DNA of 64,000 nt, taken from the NCBI GenBank assembly GCA_963711735.1, contig CAVQFA010000005.1, positions 71,525 to 135,524 on the forward strand. Reading direction: 5' to 3'. Source of the stretch: Candidatus Gottesmanbacteria bacterium (lineage in GTDB: Bacteria > Patescibacteriota > Microgenomatia > UBA10105 > UBA927). The position numbers and the translations under genes were made by a program. The notes below the pieces were generated by a model. That model searched no databases and was not told the origin of the DNA. It worked only from the letters and a program-made list of their open reading frames with translations. Below, one piece after another: positions 1 through 9,353 of the stretch. Within the stretch, counting starts at the first letter, position 1. Each line of letters opens with the position of its first letter.

Positions 1-534
1 GCAAAGGAAGAGTCACGCGTTGGCGTATCGGAAGATATTATAGGTGTTATAAAACAACTCACTGAACCGATTCCCATGACCCCGGAATCGCGGAAAATCA
101 TTGCGGAAAAAAAGGAACAGTTATATCTGGTTTTGACTGACCCGTCATTCGTTCAACGGTTTGGATATGATTACACTGCAAAAGAACCAATAGAACGCAT
201 TTTTGAATATGACAGTCCGGATGATGAATTTGTTCTGGTGTCAGATGAAAAGGGTATTTGGATAGGTTTTGAAACATCAGATATTCAACCATGGGAAACA
301 ATGCTGGGAAACGCACTCGGAAGGGCACAGGAGCAGATGTTTGTCAGGGGGACTGATGGAAACGGTTTGGAAATTTGCATGTTACAGATTCCCCGGGATC
401 GTTTCAGCGAAGATTCCCTGTTTCCGGCTGAGCGGATGGTAGAATTAATTACACACCTGTCAGGTTTGATTGAGCCGGATATGCAAATCGAGGATTCTTT
501 ATACAACCGTAACGGAGCTGTGACTATCTATTAA
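1..534 (+). CDS. hypothetical protein, 5'-partial (reading frame open to window start)
   Basis: ORF 76..534 has no in-frame stop upstream back to nt 1 (AKEESRVGVSEDIIGVIKQLTEPIP precedes the first ATG); no recognisable motifs. Confidence 0.45.
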   Translation, partial: AKEESRVGVSEDIIGVIKQLTEPIPMTPESRKIIAEKKEQLYLVLTDPSFVQRFGYDYTAKEPIERIFEYDSPDDEFVLVSDEKGIWIGFETSDIQPWETMLGNALGRAQEQMFVRGTDGNGLEICMLQIPRDRFSEDSLFPAERMVELITHLSGLIEPDMQIEDSLYNRNGAVTIY

Positions 535-538
535 CAAT

Positions 539-1003
539 ATGAATGCATTCAAAAAAGAAAACATACCTAGCGTCCCGTTGCAAATCAGCGCACTGGATAC
601 CCTCCGGGAATTAGGGTTGCCGATTAAACATTTACTTGAAATTCTTCATGAGACCGGTAAAAAGTGGACGGTATCCGGCGCACACGGAGATGATCCCTTA
701 GGAGAAACCGGCATGCCCGTCAGTTCGACCGGATATGACACAATTTGCATGATAGAAGGATTGGACGGATTGCACTCGGATGTCATGAAAGTGAGGTTAG
801 GGTATAAGATCTTACCGAGACCTCCGGGTGAAGACAGAGTTCCGGTTATTGTAGTTAAGGACACACTGGTATTTTTTGAGTATTTTGTGAGAAATAATAA
901 AAACAGAGATGTGTTCCGGCATATAGCTATCGTTCAGAGACCGGATAATGAACCTGAATGTATAGTAGACAGAAAAGAACCCATTGTACCGACGAGTCGA
1001 TAA
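539..1003 (+). CDS. hypothetical protein
   Basis: 154-aa ORF starting 5 nt after the previous stop; balanced composition; no motif recognised. Confidence 0.45.
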   Translation: MNAFKKENIPSVPLQISALDTLRELGLPIKHLLEILHETGKKWTVSGAHGDDPLGETGMPVSSTGYDTICMIEGLDGLHSDVMKVRLGYKILPRPPGEDRVPVIVVKDTLVFFEYFVRNNKNRDVFRHIAIVQRPDNEPECIVDRKEPIVPTSR

Positions 1004-1093
1004 TGGACATGATGATTGACAACATCTTCATCACCTCAATCCGGCAGAAAAAACATAATATTTCCTTGACAGAAAGCGTGTATTCCTCCTACG

Positions 1094-1603
1094 ATGTATG
1101 AAAGGGGGATGAATATGGCAAAAAAAACAACTGAGAAAACTACAGCGGCCGCATCAAAGGAAACATCAAAACCGGCAGAGGTTCAAATACCGCAAACTCC
1201 GCCACCTCCCTCTGCAAATGCTCCGCAGCCAACCGTCATAGTCACACAGGCTCCGGCTAAGTCATCCACCTCATCGTGTCTGACGAAAGGATGTATCGCA
1301 GGATGCGGGTGTCTCGTTTTTGTTGTGGTTCTATCGATAATAGTAGGTTTCGTCGGATACAGGGTGGCACGAAGTGCTGCAGAGAATGCAGTGTCAGGGG
1401 CCCCGAAGAGTAAAACCGGCATACCGGAACCGCTCCTTGATGTTGTTGATAAATTCATCGGGACAAATAAGGACGGACAGGAATTCATGAAATTTCTCCG
1501 CTACGGCCTTCCTGCGGACGGTACGGCCGGCATACCAACCGGTGGGATAGAAGGTTCGTCAGGAATCGAAGATTATCCGTCAGAGGAGACCGTGACACAG
1601 TAA
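1094..1603 (+). CDS. hypothetical membrane protein with Pro-rich N-terminal region
   Basis: Poly-G Shine-Dalgarno (aaggggg) immediately before ATG pair at 1109/1115; one strong TM helix (CLVFVVVLSIIVGFVGY); start could be 1109 or 1115 rather than 1094. Confidence 0.5.
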   Translation: MYERGMNMAKKTTEKTTAAASKETSKPAEVQIPQTPPPPSANAPQPTVIVTQAPAKSSTSSCLTKGCIAGCGCLVFVVVLSIIVGFVGYRVARSAAENAVSGAPKSKTGIPEPLLDVVDKFIGTNKDGQEFMKFLRYGLPADGTAGIPTGGIEGSSGIEDYPSEETVTQ

Positions 1604-1623
1604 GCTTCGTTAGAAAAAACAGG

Positions 1624-2442
1624 ATGGGGGGAGAGTGTATAGTTTTAGGTAGGCTGATTTTATACCCCAAACAAAATCGAAGTACGGTTTTGAAACCGCT
1701 CCGATTAATTATCCAAAAGATATCAGAATGTATAAGAAATGGTCATTTTGATATAATGACCCATATGCCTACGATCGAACGACGGTGTCAATACCAGAAC
1801 ATTCAGGATTTTCATCCCGGCATTTCGGTAATATCCAATAAGGGGGATGAAATAGTCATAACTCCGGATGGAATAGAAATATTAAATAGAATATTTCAAA
1901 CATCGTATTTGAATCCTCAGTTATTAGAGGACATATGTGTTGAGTGCAGACTGTGTAGTCCTACGATTACGGAAAAGCAGGATACGGTAAGAATTCAAAG
2001 AAATGGTTATGAACCGGTATCACTCCTTGAATGTTGTGTTATGAAACCCTACGGAGCGCGTGAGCAGACAGGTGTTCGTCATCCGCGTGTGGCTGTTGTT
2101 GATGATTTTATGCCCGAATCTCTTGCGCGTTGGTTAGCAAATGAAGGGTATCCATCGGTTGCCTGCAAAGTAAATCCTGATATCAGGCCGTATGAGCATG
2201 AAGTTCAAATGCTTATCGAAATGATACAGGAACAGAAACCCAAAATAGTTATTATAGATAAAGGATTAGGGTACTTCGATACGAGGAAGATTATTCCGGC
2301 TCTTCGGGAGAATGGGATAATAGTAATACTATTTTCAGGTGAAACAGATGAAAACAGTGAAGTAGCAGTGCTTGCCGATGCGTTTGTTATGAAAATGAGA
2401 TCAGATGAAATTATTTCCGTAATCCAAAGATTCCCGGTTTAA
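1624..2442 (+). CDS. hypothetical protein with C-terminal CheY-like receiver (REC)-like domain
   Basis: C-terminal 120 aa match receiver-fold pattern (RVAVVDDF ... KPKIVIIDKGLGY ... IIVILFSGETD ... AFVMKM); N-terminal 140 aa Cys-containing, unassigned. Confidence 0.4.
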   Translation: MGGECIVLGRLILYPKQNRSTVLKPLRLIIQKISECIRNGHFDIMTHMPTIERRCQYQNIQDFHPGISVISNKGDEIVITPDGIEILNRIFQTSYLNPQLLEDICVECRLCSPTITEKQDTVRIQRNGYEPVSLLECCVMKPYGAREQTGVRHPRVAVVDDFMPESLARWLANEGYPSVACKVNPDIRPYEHEVQMLIEMIQEQKPKIVIIDKGLGYFDTRKIIPALRENGIIVILFSGETDENSEVAVLADAFVMKMRSDEIISVIQRFPV

Positions 2443-2472
2443 CACAATTGAGCGGTGAAAAGTTCGAATCAT

Positions 2473-2868
2473 TTACAATTCCTTTTCAATTCCGTGTCCC
2501 AGAAAACTTCTTTCAGACATTCTTATGCGTTTTTCCTGTTCCCACCACTCTTCGCGCGTGATCCATGGTCCTACCGTCGTAAGTATTCCGTTTGTTCCGA
2601 CATGAGCGATGGTCGTGACTATTTCAGGATCAAGTGGTACCCCTAATTCCTCACTTGCGCGTGTATCATGAAGAAGGAGCGTTGTAGTGGGTTCTGATGA
2701 AATTTCATCATTTATATGAGATCTTTGAATAACGGAAAGGACATGATACGTAACGTCATGAAGTATCCACGAACCTCCGACTAGGGGAAGTTGTTCGTTA
2801 TTTTCAGGTTTTTTTAGCCAAGACAAAAATGACATAGTATATACCGCGTTATCTATCCATTCATACAA
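2473..2868 (-). CDS. hypothetical protein
   Basis: 131-aa ORF convergent with upstream gene; preferred over overlapping 63-aa + strand ORF on composition; no motif. Confidence 0.3.
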   Translation of the reverse strand: MYEWIDNAVYTMSFLSWLKKPENNEQLPLVGGSWILHDVTYHVLSVIQRSHINDEISSEPTTTLLLHDTRASEELGVPLDPEIVTTIAHVGTNGILTTVGPWITREEWWEQEKRIRMSERSFLGHGIEKEL

Positions 2869-2958
2869 TCCATAGTTTTGGTAGGTATCAACGGCACAAA
2901 ATGATATTATATCATGATTTTGAACACTATTGAACCCGGGTGAACGTGCGGGATATTA

Positions 2959-3702
2959 TCATACGATCCTGTATTTTTTGTGGTAGAACAGGCGAAGTAA
3001 TATGCCGCTTATCCCGATGACTCCCGCATGCAGTCCGATGATGCCGGCAAGTATGATAGTAAGATATTTTATGATACTGTAAAATGTGGTATTGATATGG
3101 CCTGTAAGGTTGAATCGTACGCCTGATAAGTACAACGCTCCGATCACAAGAACAAGGAGAATGAGAACCGGCCACACACCCTTCATGTCCTCTGATGAAG
3201 AGAACATCGATGATGAAACAGATCCTATTCCATAGAGAGCGAAAACCAGCCCGACACTTGCAGGATGAAGAAGTACCGGTATTCCATCTTTCCACGGCAC
3301 CTGTCCGTAGAGGACCGGTACATACCATGCCAATGCAATTGTAGCGATGAGTCCGACGAGAAACGGCGCGAGGCCTATTGCCGCCCTCCGGAACGGTCCG
3401 GTTTTCGCAATCATGACGCTCCCTGCCGTGACCTCCTGCCTTGTCCCCGGTATAGGCTTTCCGCGGATCCATTCCGGTGAAAGTTCAAGTTTGCCGGTCC
3501 GGACGCCCAGGATTTCCGCGGTAAAAAGGTGAGACAGTTCATGGATAACGGTTCCGGGAAAAAGAAGAAGAGTTATGACCGCAATGCTTATACTATTGTT
3601 TCCCGTTACCAGAACAAGCATTGTATATAGTCCCTGCACGGACTTCCGGCTGAGGATATAGAGAAGAATACACTCGATAAGGATAAGAATTACGGATAAC
3701 AT
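2959..3702 (-). CDS. putative integral-membrane zinc metalloprotease (HExxH in TM context, site-2-protease/M50-like)
   Basis: 6-7 hydrophobic helices; HELSH motif embedded in membrane segment (VIHELSHLFTAEILG); overlapping ORF 2927..3472 considered spurious. Confidence 0.4.
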   Translation of the reverse strand: MLSVILILIECILLYILSRKSVQGLYTMLVLVTGNNSISIAVITLLLFPGTVIHELSHLFTAEILGVRTGKLELSPEWIRGKPIPGTRQEVTAGSVMIAKTGPFRRAAIGLAPFLVGLIATIALAWYVPVLYGQVPWKDGIPVLLHPASVGLVFALYGIGSVSSSMFSSSEDMKGVWPVLILLVLVIGALYLSGVRFNLTGHINTTFYSIIKYLTIILAGIIGLHAGVIGISGILLRLFYHKKYRIV

Positions 3703-3863
3703 GTATTTTCAGTATGACGCACTCCCGCACACAACCGCAAGCGTTTCCGGATAAACTTGGTTAGGTTGTACATTGTGTAGCACAATTGACAGTCGTACAT
3801 ATCACTTCACACGCAGTCGCTTTCCACACAATTTGGATATTTCAGTTTATAATAGGTATAGCT

Positions 3864-6800
3864 ATGAAAAAGGTTTGGCAGGTCATGTATAAAAGACCGG
3901 GATTTGTAATCCTTTGTATTATTCTTGCTGTCATAACCATCGTTAATATCAAACCCGGTTACTACCTCATAGGATGGGATAATTACTCTTCGTATTTCAA
4001 CCTTAAAACAAATATCTTCCGCACTTTTTTTTCCGTCTGGAGGGATTACCGGGGTTTTGGTGTCCCGTCTGATTCAGAAATAGTGGACTTGTTCCGGCAA
4101 CTCTTCTTTTATATATCATCTTTGTTTGTCCAAACACAGCTTCTCGATCAGCTGTATTTTCTGATCTGCCTGACAGCCGGAACGCTCATGATGTATTTTT
4201 TTACACGAAAAATACTAACGCTTGTCCGTCCGGAAATTGACCCTTTATTTCGTGAAATCGGTGCATTGTGCAGTGCGGTCTTTTATCTCTGTAATCTCAA
4301 TACGCTCGGTGCCTTCTATTTTCCGATTGTTACCTATAACACGCGGTACGTAGCCATACCGTTTATTTTCTGGTTTCTAACAACATACATATCAACGAAG
4401 CATTTATCGGGGAAAATGATAGTGATCATGCTGATAGGAACCATACTCACATCCGGGAGCTACATAACCGCGACAATCCTGATCACGACAGTACTTGCCC
4501 TCGGACTCTTCGGAATATTTTTACCCAGCGGTAAAAGAGTTATTCTTTTCTTTCTGATTTTTCTGTTCCTGAACTCATTCTGGCTTTTACCTTTTACAAA
4601 CTATACAGCAGAAAAATCGTCGCTTCTGCGTATTGCACCGACGTTTGTTGATGCAAATGAAACACAACTGAACAAACCAAAGTCATTTTACAGTTTCGCC
4701 AGGCAAAGCATCCTATACCCTAATTTTTTCGACACCAGGGCGAAAAAATTGGATACCAAAGAGGATATTCCGTTTCATCCTTTATCCCTTACTGTCACGC
4801 AACTCCCTGATAAGGCGGGAATTTATCTGTTTCCCATTTTGTACATTCTCGGTTCAATCGAGATAATTTTCGCATGGAAACGCTATCGGTATGCCGTATT
4901 TGCTCCTATATGTCTTTTCCTGTTTCTCATACTCAGCATGAAAGAATATTCACCCGTTGGATTTCTCTATACGCTTGCCGACAGGTATATCCCATACTTC
5001 GGGGTATTATTCCGGTTCGGAGACACTAAATTTCATGCGTATATGGCGTTTGCAGGAAGTGTTGCCGCAGGCATAGCTGTCGTTTGGTTTCTCCGGCATA
5101 TACGGATAATCGGGAAATCGACGCAAAAAATATTGATCCCGCTCGTATGCGTTGTACTGATAGCAGGCAGCATGTATCCGTACAGAAGCTACTTTACGGG
5201 GCATCTCATCGGACCGTTTATGTACAACAAAATTCCTGACGCATATTTCCGGCTTGCAGATGACATAAACAAAGATCCGGGGTATGGTCGTGTTCTTCAT
5301 TTGCCGTATGATAACAACGTCTATTGGCGGTCGTATTCATGGGGCGCGTTAGGTTCCGCTTTTCTTCAATATATGCTGGATAAACCGCTCATGGAAAAAA
5401 CATTTGAACCGGGAAGTATTGAGAACGCCGTATTTAACAGCACAGTAAGCAGTCTTATACAAAATAGTCAAAAGATTCCGAAGGGAGAATATACATTGGA
5501 ACGGGCACGTAAATTTTATACTATTTTGAAAACATCAGGTGTTTCATATATTATCCTCGATGAGTCTGTTTCCGCAGCTATCCCTTCACGCGGTGTGTAT
5601 TATTGGGGAAATTATTCTTATTACGATGCAAAGGCGCTTCTGGATATGCTTGTCACAAATAATTTTGCATCACTGACAAAGACGTACCCTGTCTCATATT
5701 TCACCAAGTCCACGGGAGGTTCATCTGTCGGGGAAATTTCGTTATCACCAACGAGCGCGTTTAATAGCCAAAAAACAGACTATATCTCGTTATACACACT
5801 TGCCAGAACCGACGCCCCTGTCAGTTTCGCATCAACTGTTTTATATACGGATCCGGAAGTAACGGATATTCAGGAGTTACCTGATGCTACACATACAATT
5901 CAAAGTACAACCGAAAAATCGATCATCCGTCCGTTTACGCGGAAAGACGGAACGGGTATACGGGATGGCAGCAACGTATCATTCCGGTATTCCGCACAAA
6001 TATTTCCCGTGCCGTATCGGATTGACATTCCTTCATCTGCAAATGAAGCCCTTATTGACGTAACGATTGCCAAAAATATATCTGCGTATACTATTTCGTT
6101 GTATCAGGTGTATACGCCCCTTATTAACGGTTATCAATGGAAAAAGAAGATAAAGGAAATATCCATACCGATGGGATCCTTGTCCAAATACACTCCTGAT
6201 TCCGTTCCGATAAGTTCATTCGCGTCCGATTGGAACATACTCGGCAATATGGATGTGGGGAATATGCGTATGGTACTTGAGGACACAGTTCTTCCTATTC
6301 CCGTTCCGGAGAGTTCAAAAGAATCTTTTGTCGGAAGCGTGCTTATCCGTACTCTCAATCCCCGGATCCGGATTCTTGCATTATCTGACAGGAGATCTGT
6401 CGATCCGAAGAATATTCAGCTAACCACTGAACCGAACTGTTTTGGCGATAAAATCAACGGATATTCGTATGCCTTCACGAATACAAATCAGGTCGAACTC
6501 ACAAGTCAAAATGGTTCTGCCTGCATTGCAGCGCAGCTGAAAGACATACTGGAAAAAGAAACAGGATACCTGGAGATAGGAACAATTATCCGGGGTACGA
6601 GTACGGATCTGGATGCACGTTACGGAAACGGCAGAGGCTCACCGATATTTTCAGCGCTTGGCAATAACCCGAAACCAAATACGGTATCCGTCTGTATAAC
6701 CGCACCTGGAGGTGATTCTGATTGTCTCAACAGACACCAGATACTTTCTATCGGTTCTTCCCAGTATGTACGCATACCAAGCGAATCACCGCTTCCTGCA

Positions 6801-7889
6801 GACCGTGACACTGCACTCGTTGTTGCGCTTAAAAATATCTCCTATCAGAAACAGTCCATGACGCTGGAGTCGGTCATGGTATATCAGTTCCGGGATATTC
6901 TGAGTGATGAACTGAAAATTTCTGATGTCCTCCCGGTTATGAACCTTCCATCCGCTAAGAATGAGAATACCCTTACGCTTTCCTGGAATGTACCGTTTTC
7001 ACCTTTGGCATATTATCATAATCCCGCATTTGACAGTTTTGCTCTCAGCAATAAGCCATGCGATATAGGATACCGTACTGTCCGTTTCATTCAGGACAAG
7101 CTGACACTTGGTGTGGACGACTGTTATAACGAACTATCCCAAACGCTGCCGTTTGACAGCAGCGCTTTCTCTGTATGGCTGGTAGGGTATAGTCTGGAGT
7201 CCGGAAAGTACCCGTTGTTTCTCCTGAAAGATAAGTATGGGACATACATGCAGGAATACCTTTCTCTCTATCAGGGATATCCCGATATTGCGGGGTTTAA
7301 ATCGCTTCACCCTGTGGAATCCAAAACTCCGGAGGCAATCATTCAGGGAATAGCATCATCTCCGGTGAAGTATACATATACCTCTCTTTATCCTCAGCCG
7401 GAGTTGTCTGACAGACAACCCAAGAATTATATTATTCATCAGGACAGCGAAAATGCCGGTTTATTTTCCATAGGTTCTTTTGACGTCATGGAGCTTCCCG
7501 CGTCCTGGTATGACCTCCGTCTTGTGCCGGACTTGGGAACACGGATATATCAACAACCCCGGTCATTTACATATAAACAGATATTGCCATCATTTTGGCG
7601 TATCGAGCCGGAAACAAACGGCACATCGCTTATGAAGCTCAATGTGGGGTATGACCGGCAGTGGGCGGTGTATGATAGCATTGCCGGAGTATTATTCGGA
7701 ATGGGTAAAGTTTATCCTCATTACAAGTGTGACGGGTATGCCAACTGTTTTGAAATTCCCAAATCAGGACCTGCGGCGTATTATGCCTTGTATACTCCGG
7801 AAAGGCTGAGTTTCTTGGGGTGGGGGATAACATGTATAACCGGAATTTTATTTATATACCGTGCGAAACGATCTTTACGGTCTTCGTAA
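3864..7889 (+). CDS. large polytopic membrane protein, possible GT-C-fold glycosyl/lipid transferase (YfhO/PMT-like architecture)
   Basis: ~13 N-terminal TM helices followed by >900-aa soluble region and a terminal TM helix; ATG at 3864 (MKKVWQ) preferred over track start 3786; adjacent GT2 gene. Confidence 0.5.
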   Translation: MKKVWQVMYKRPGFVILCIILAVITIVNIKPGYYLIGWDNYSSYFNLKTNIFRTFFSVWRDYRGFGVPSDSEIVDLFRQLFFYISSLFVQTQLLDQLYFLICLTAGTLMMYFFTRKILTLVRPEIDPLFREIGALCSAVFYLCNLNTLGAFYFPIVTYNTRYVAIPFIFWFLTTYISTKHLSGKMIVIMLIGTILTSGSYITATILITTVLALGLFGIFLPSGKRVILFFLIFLFLNSFWLLPFTNYTAEKSSLLRIAPTFVDANETQLNKPKSFYSFARQSILYPNFFDTRAKKLDTKEDIPFHPLSLTVTQLPDKAGIYLFPILYILGSIEIIFAWKRYRYAVFAPICLFLFLILSMKEYSPVGFLYTLADRYIPYFGVLFRFGDTKFHAYMAFAGSVAAGIAVVWFLRHIRIIGKSTQKILIPLVCVVLIAGSMYPYRSYFTGHLIGPFMYNKIPDAYFRLADDINKDPGYGRVLHLPYDNNVYWRSYSWGALGSAFLQYMLDKPLMEKTFEPGSIENAVFNSTVSSLIQNSQKIPKGEYTLERARKFYTILKTSGVSYIILDESVSAAIPSRGVYYWGNYSYYDAKALLDMLVTNNFASLTKTYPVSYFTKSTGGSSVGEISLSPTSAFNSQKTDYISLYTLARTDAPVSFASTVLYTDPEVTDIQELPDATHTIQSTTEKSIIRPFTRKDGTGIRDGSNVSFRYSAQIFPVPYRIDIPSSANEALIDVTIAKNISAYTISLYQVYTPLINGYQWKKKIKEISIPMGSLSKYTPDSVPISSFASDWNILGNMDVGNMRMVLEDTVLPIPVPESSKESFVGSVLIRTLNPRIRILALSDRRSVDPKNIQLTTEPNCFGDKINGYSYAFTNTNQVELTSQNGSACIAAQLKDILEKETGYLEIGTIIRGTSTDLDARYGNGRGSPIFSALGNNPKPNTVSVCITAPGGDSDCLNRHQILSIGSSQYVRIPSESPLPADRDTALVVALKNISYQKQSMTLESVMVYQFRDILSDELKISDVLPVMNLPSAKNENTLTLSWNVPFSPLAYYHNPAFDSFALSNKPCDIGYRTVRFIQDKLTLGVDDCYNELSQTLPFDSSAFSVWLVGYSLESGKYPLFLLKDKYGTYMQEYLSLYQGYPDIAGFKSLHPVESKTPEAIIQGIASSPVKYTYTSLYPQPELSDRQPKNYIIHQDSENAGLFSIGSFDVMELPASWYDLRLVPDLGTRIYQQPRSFTYKQILPSFWRIEPETNGTSLMKLNVGYDRQWAVYDSIAGVLFGMGKVYPHYKCDGYANCFEIPKSGPAAYYALYTPERLSFLGWGITCITGILFIYRAKRSLRSS

Positions 7890-8731
7890 TACGCAATTGC
7901 CCGTTTCATAAAACGGTACACGTTCCAGTTGAATTCAGGGGAAAAAAGTACGCCCGCTCCCAGCTGGATAATCCAGTATAACTGGATATACCATTGCGCA
8001 GGACCGATCATCTCGTGTGTCCACCGGTGCATCTGATACGTTTTTATTGCCAACCGGCGGAAAAATTTAACTGATGCTGCATTTTTGTGCCAACGGACTT
8101 CTACCATCGGGCGGCGTATATTTGCCAGTTTCCCCCGCATTCCCATACGGTACCAGAGTTGTGTATCATCAGCAGGCCAGAAGTACTGGTCATAACCTCC
8201 GGCATCAATTGCGACACTTTTGCGGTACATGACGGACGGATCTGCAAAAGGACTCACAATATACCAAAGTTTTTTTATCTCACGGTCATCATCGAGGAAC
8301 CGGACTATCTGAGTTTTTCCCGTATTGGTGAAAAGTTTAATGGATGATCCGACAGCAGTCACATCGGTGTGTTTTTCCAAGTACGCTATCTGTGTTTCGA
8401 GACGCTTCGGAAGCATCCGGTCGTCCTGATTGAGACGGCAGATGTATTCACCCTTTGCCTTTTTGAGAGCAAAATTTAACACCCGTCCCAACCCGCGGTT
8501 TCTGGGAAAGTCAAAGAATGTGATATTGGAATATTTTTTTTCCAGAGACTTGCAGAGCTCTTTGCTTTTATCTGTGGAACCGTCATTGATAAGGAGGATT
8601 TCAAACCGTTTGAATGTGCTTTTCTGGATCGACAGGACTGCTTCTTCCAGGTAAGCAGAACCGTTAAATACCGGAATGACGATAGAAACAACCGGTGTCG
8701 TGTTTATGGATTGATGCATTTGTTTTTTCAT
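7781..8731 (-). CDS. family 2 glycosyltransferase
   Basis: VVSIVIPVFNGSAYLEEAVLSIQKST ... ILLINDGSTD ... NRGLGRVLNFALKKAKGEYICRLNQDD (GT2 DxD architecture); 3' end overlaps convergent gene by ~109 nt. Confidence 0.7.
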   Translation of the reverse strand: MKKQMHQSINTTPVVSIVIPVFNGSAYLEEAVLSIQKSTFKRFEILLINDGSTDKSKELCKSLEKKYSNITFFDFPRNRGLGRVLNFALKKAKGEYICRLNQDDRMLPKRLETQIAYLEKHTDVTAVGSSIKLFTNTGKTQIVRFLDDDREIKKLWYIVSPFADPSVMYRKSVAIDAGGYDQYFWPADDTQLWYRMGMRGKLANIRRPMVEVRWHKNAASVKFFRRLAIKTYQMHRWTHEMIGPAQWYIQLYWIIQLGAGVLFSPEFNWNVYRFMKRAIAYYEDRKDRFARYINKIPVIHVIPHPKKLSLSGVYKA

Positions 8732-8743
8732 AGATATGTATGA

Positions 8744-8980
8744 TTATTTCAATCCTTTTTCTTTCAGGCATTTTTCATATCCGGTCTCATTCGGTTGGTT
8801 AACCTCAACACCGCTGGAATCAGTCCAGGACACCGTGGCATATTTTGCACACGCATCTATAGCCTGCATTTCGATGTAGCGGTCAACCTGGTGTGAGAAC
8901 ACGATACCGAGCCACAGGATGACCCCCGCGATGATTGCGGTATGAATATGTCCGGATATAAATGTATATACAGTTTTCAT
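8744..8980 (-). CDS. small membrane protein, hypothetical
   Basis: 78 aa, one TM helix (AIIAGVILWLGIVF); directly upstream of GT2 gene on same strand. Confidence 0.4.
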   Translation of the reverse strand: MKTVYTFISGHIHTAIIAGVILWLGIVFSHQVDRYIEMQAIDACAKYATVSWTDSSGVEVNQPNETGYEKCLKEKGLK

Positions 8981-9264
8981 ATATTTTCTCTATATTCAAC
9001 AGTTAAATTCTTCTAGGCTCAAGAAGTGCTTAAGCCTACAAGAATAACGAGAACGCAGTGGAAACAATTTTGTGGCATAAGCCAAAAAATTGAATTTAGC
9101 ATTTAGCTAAATACCACTTTGTTGTTATTCCGCAAATTTTTAATTTTGTCCCATTCTCGAGGACTTTGGTTGCTTTTGCTTGCAGCCAAACAGATTATTT
9201 TGTTTTTGTCATTCTTTGGGAATGACTTGGGTTGCTGTCTGCCAGCCACCAATCTCTAACCTAA

Positions 9265-9302
9265 GAGGAGCCCACCATCAACGGTAGGTCGGTGGGCTCC
9301 TC
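9265..9302 (-). terminator. putative intrinsic terminator hairpin downstream of 9354..11186 gene
   Basis: perfect 12-bp inverted repeat gaggagcccacc / ggtgggctcctc with 14-nt loop, 52 nt after the stop; followed on minus strand by moderately U-rich tract. Confidence 0.45.
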
Positions 9303-9353
9303 AATAGGTTCTTCATGTTTCACCTCCTCATAGGTGACGAGGTGAAAGAATGG

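Noticed and set aside
2927-3472. 181-aa minus-strand ORF overlapping the HExxH membrane protease gene
   Set aside because: It is an alternative frame of a clearly membrane-protein-coding region, and its composition is Cys/Arg/His-rich.
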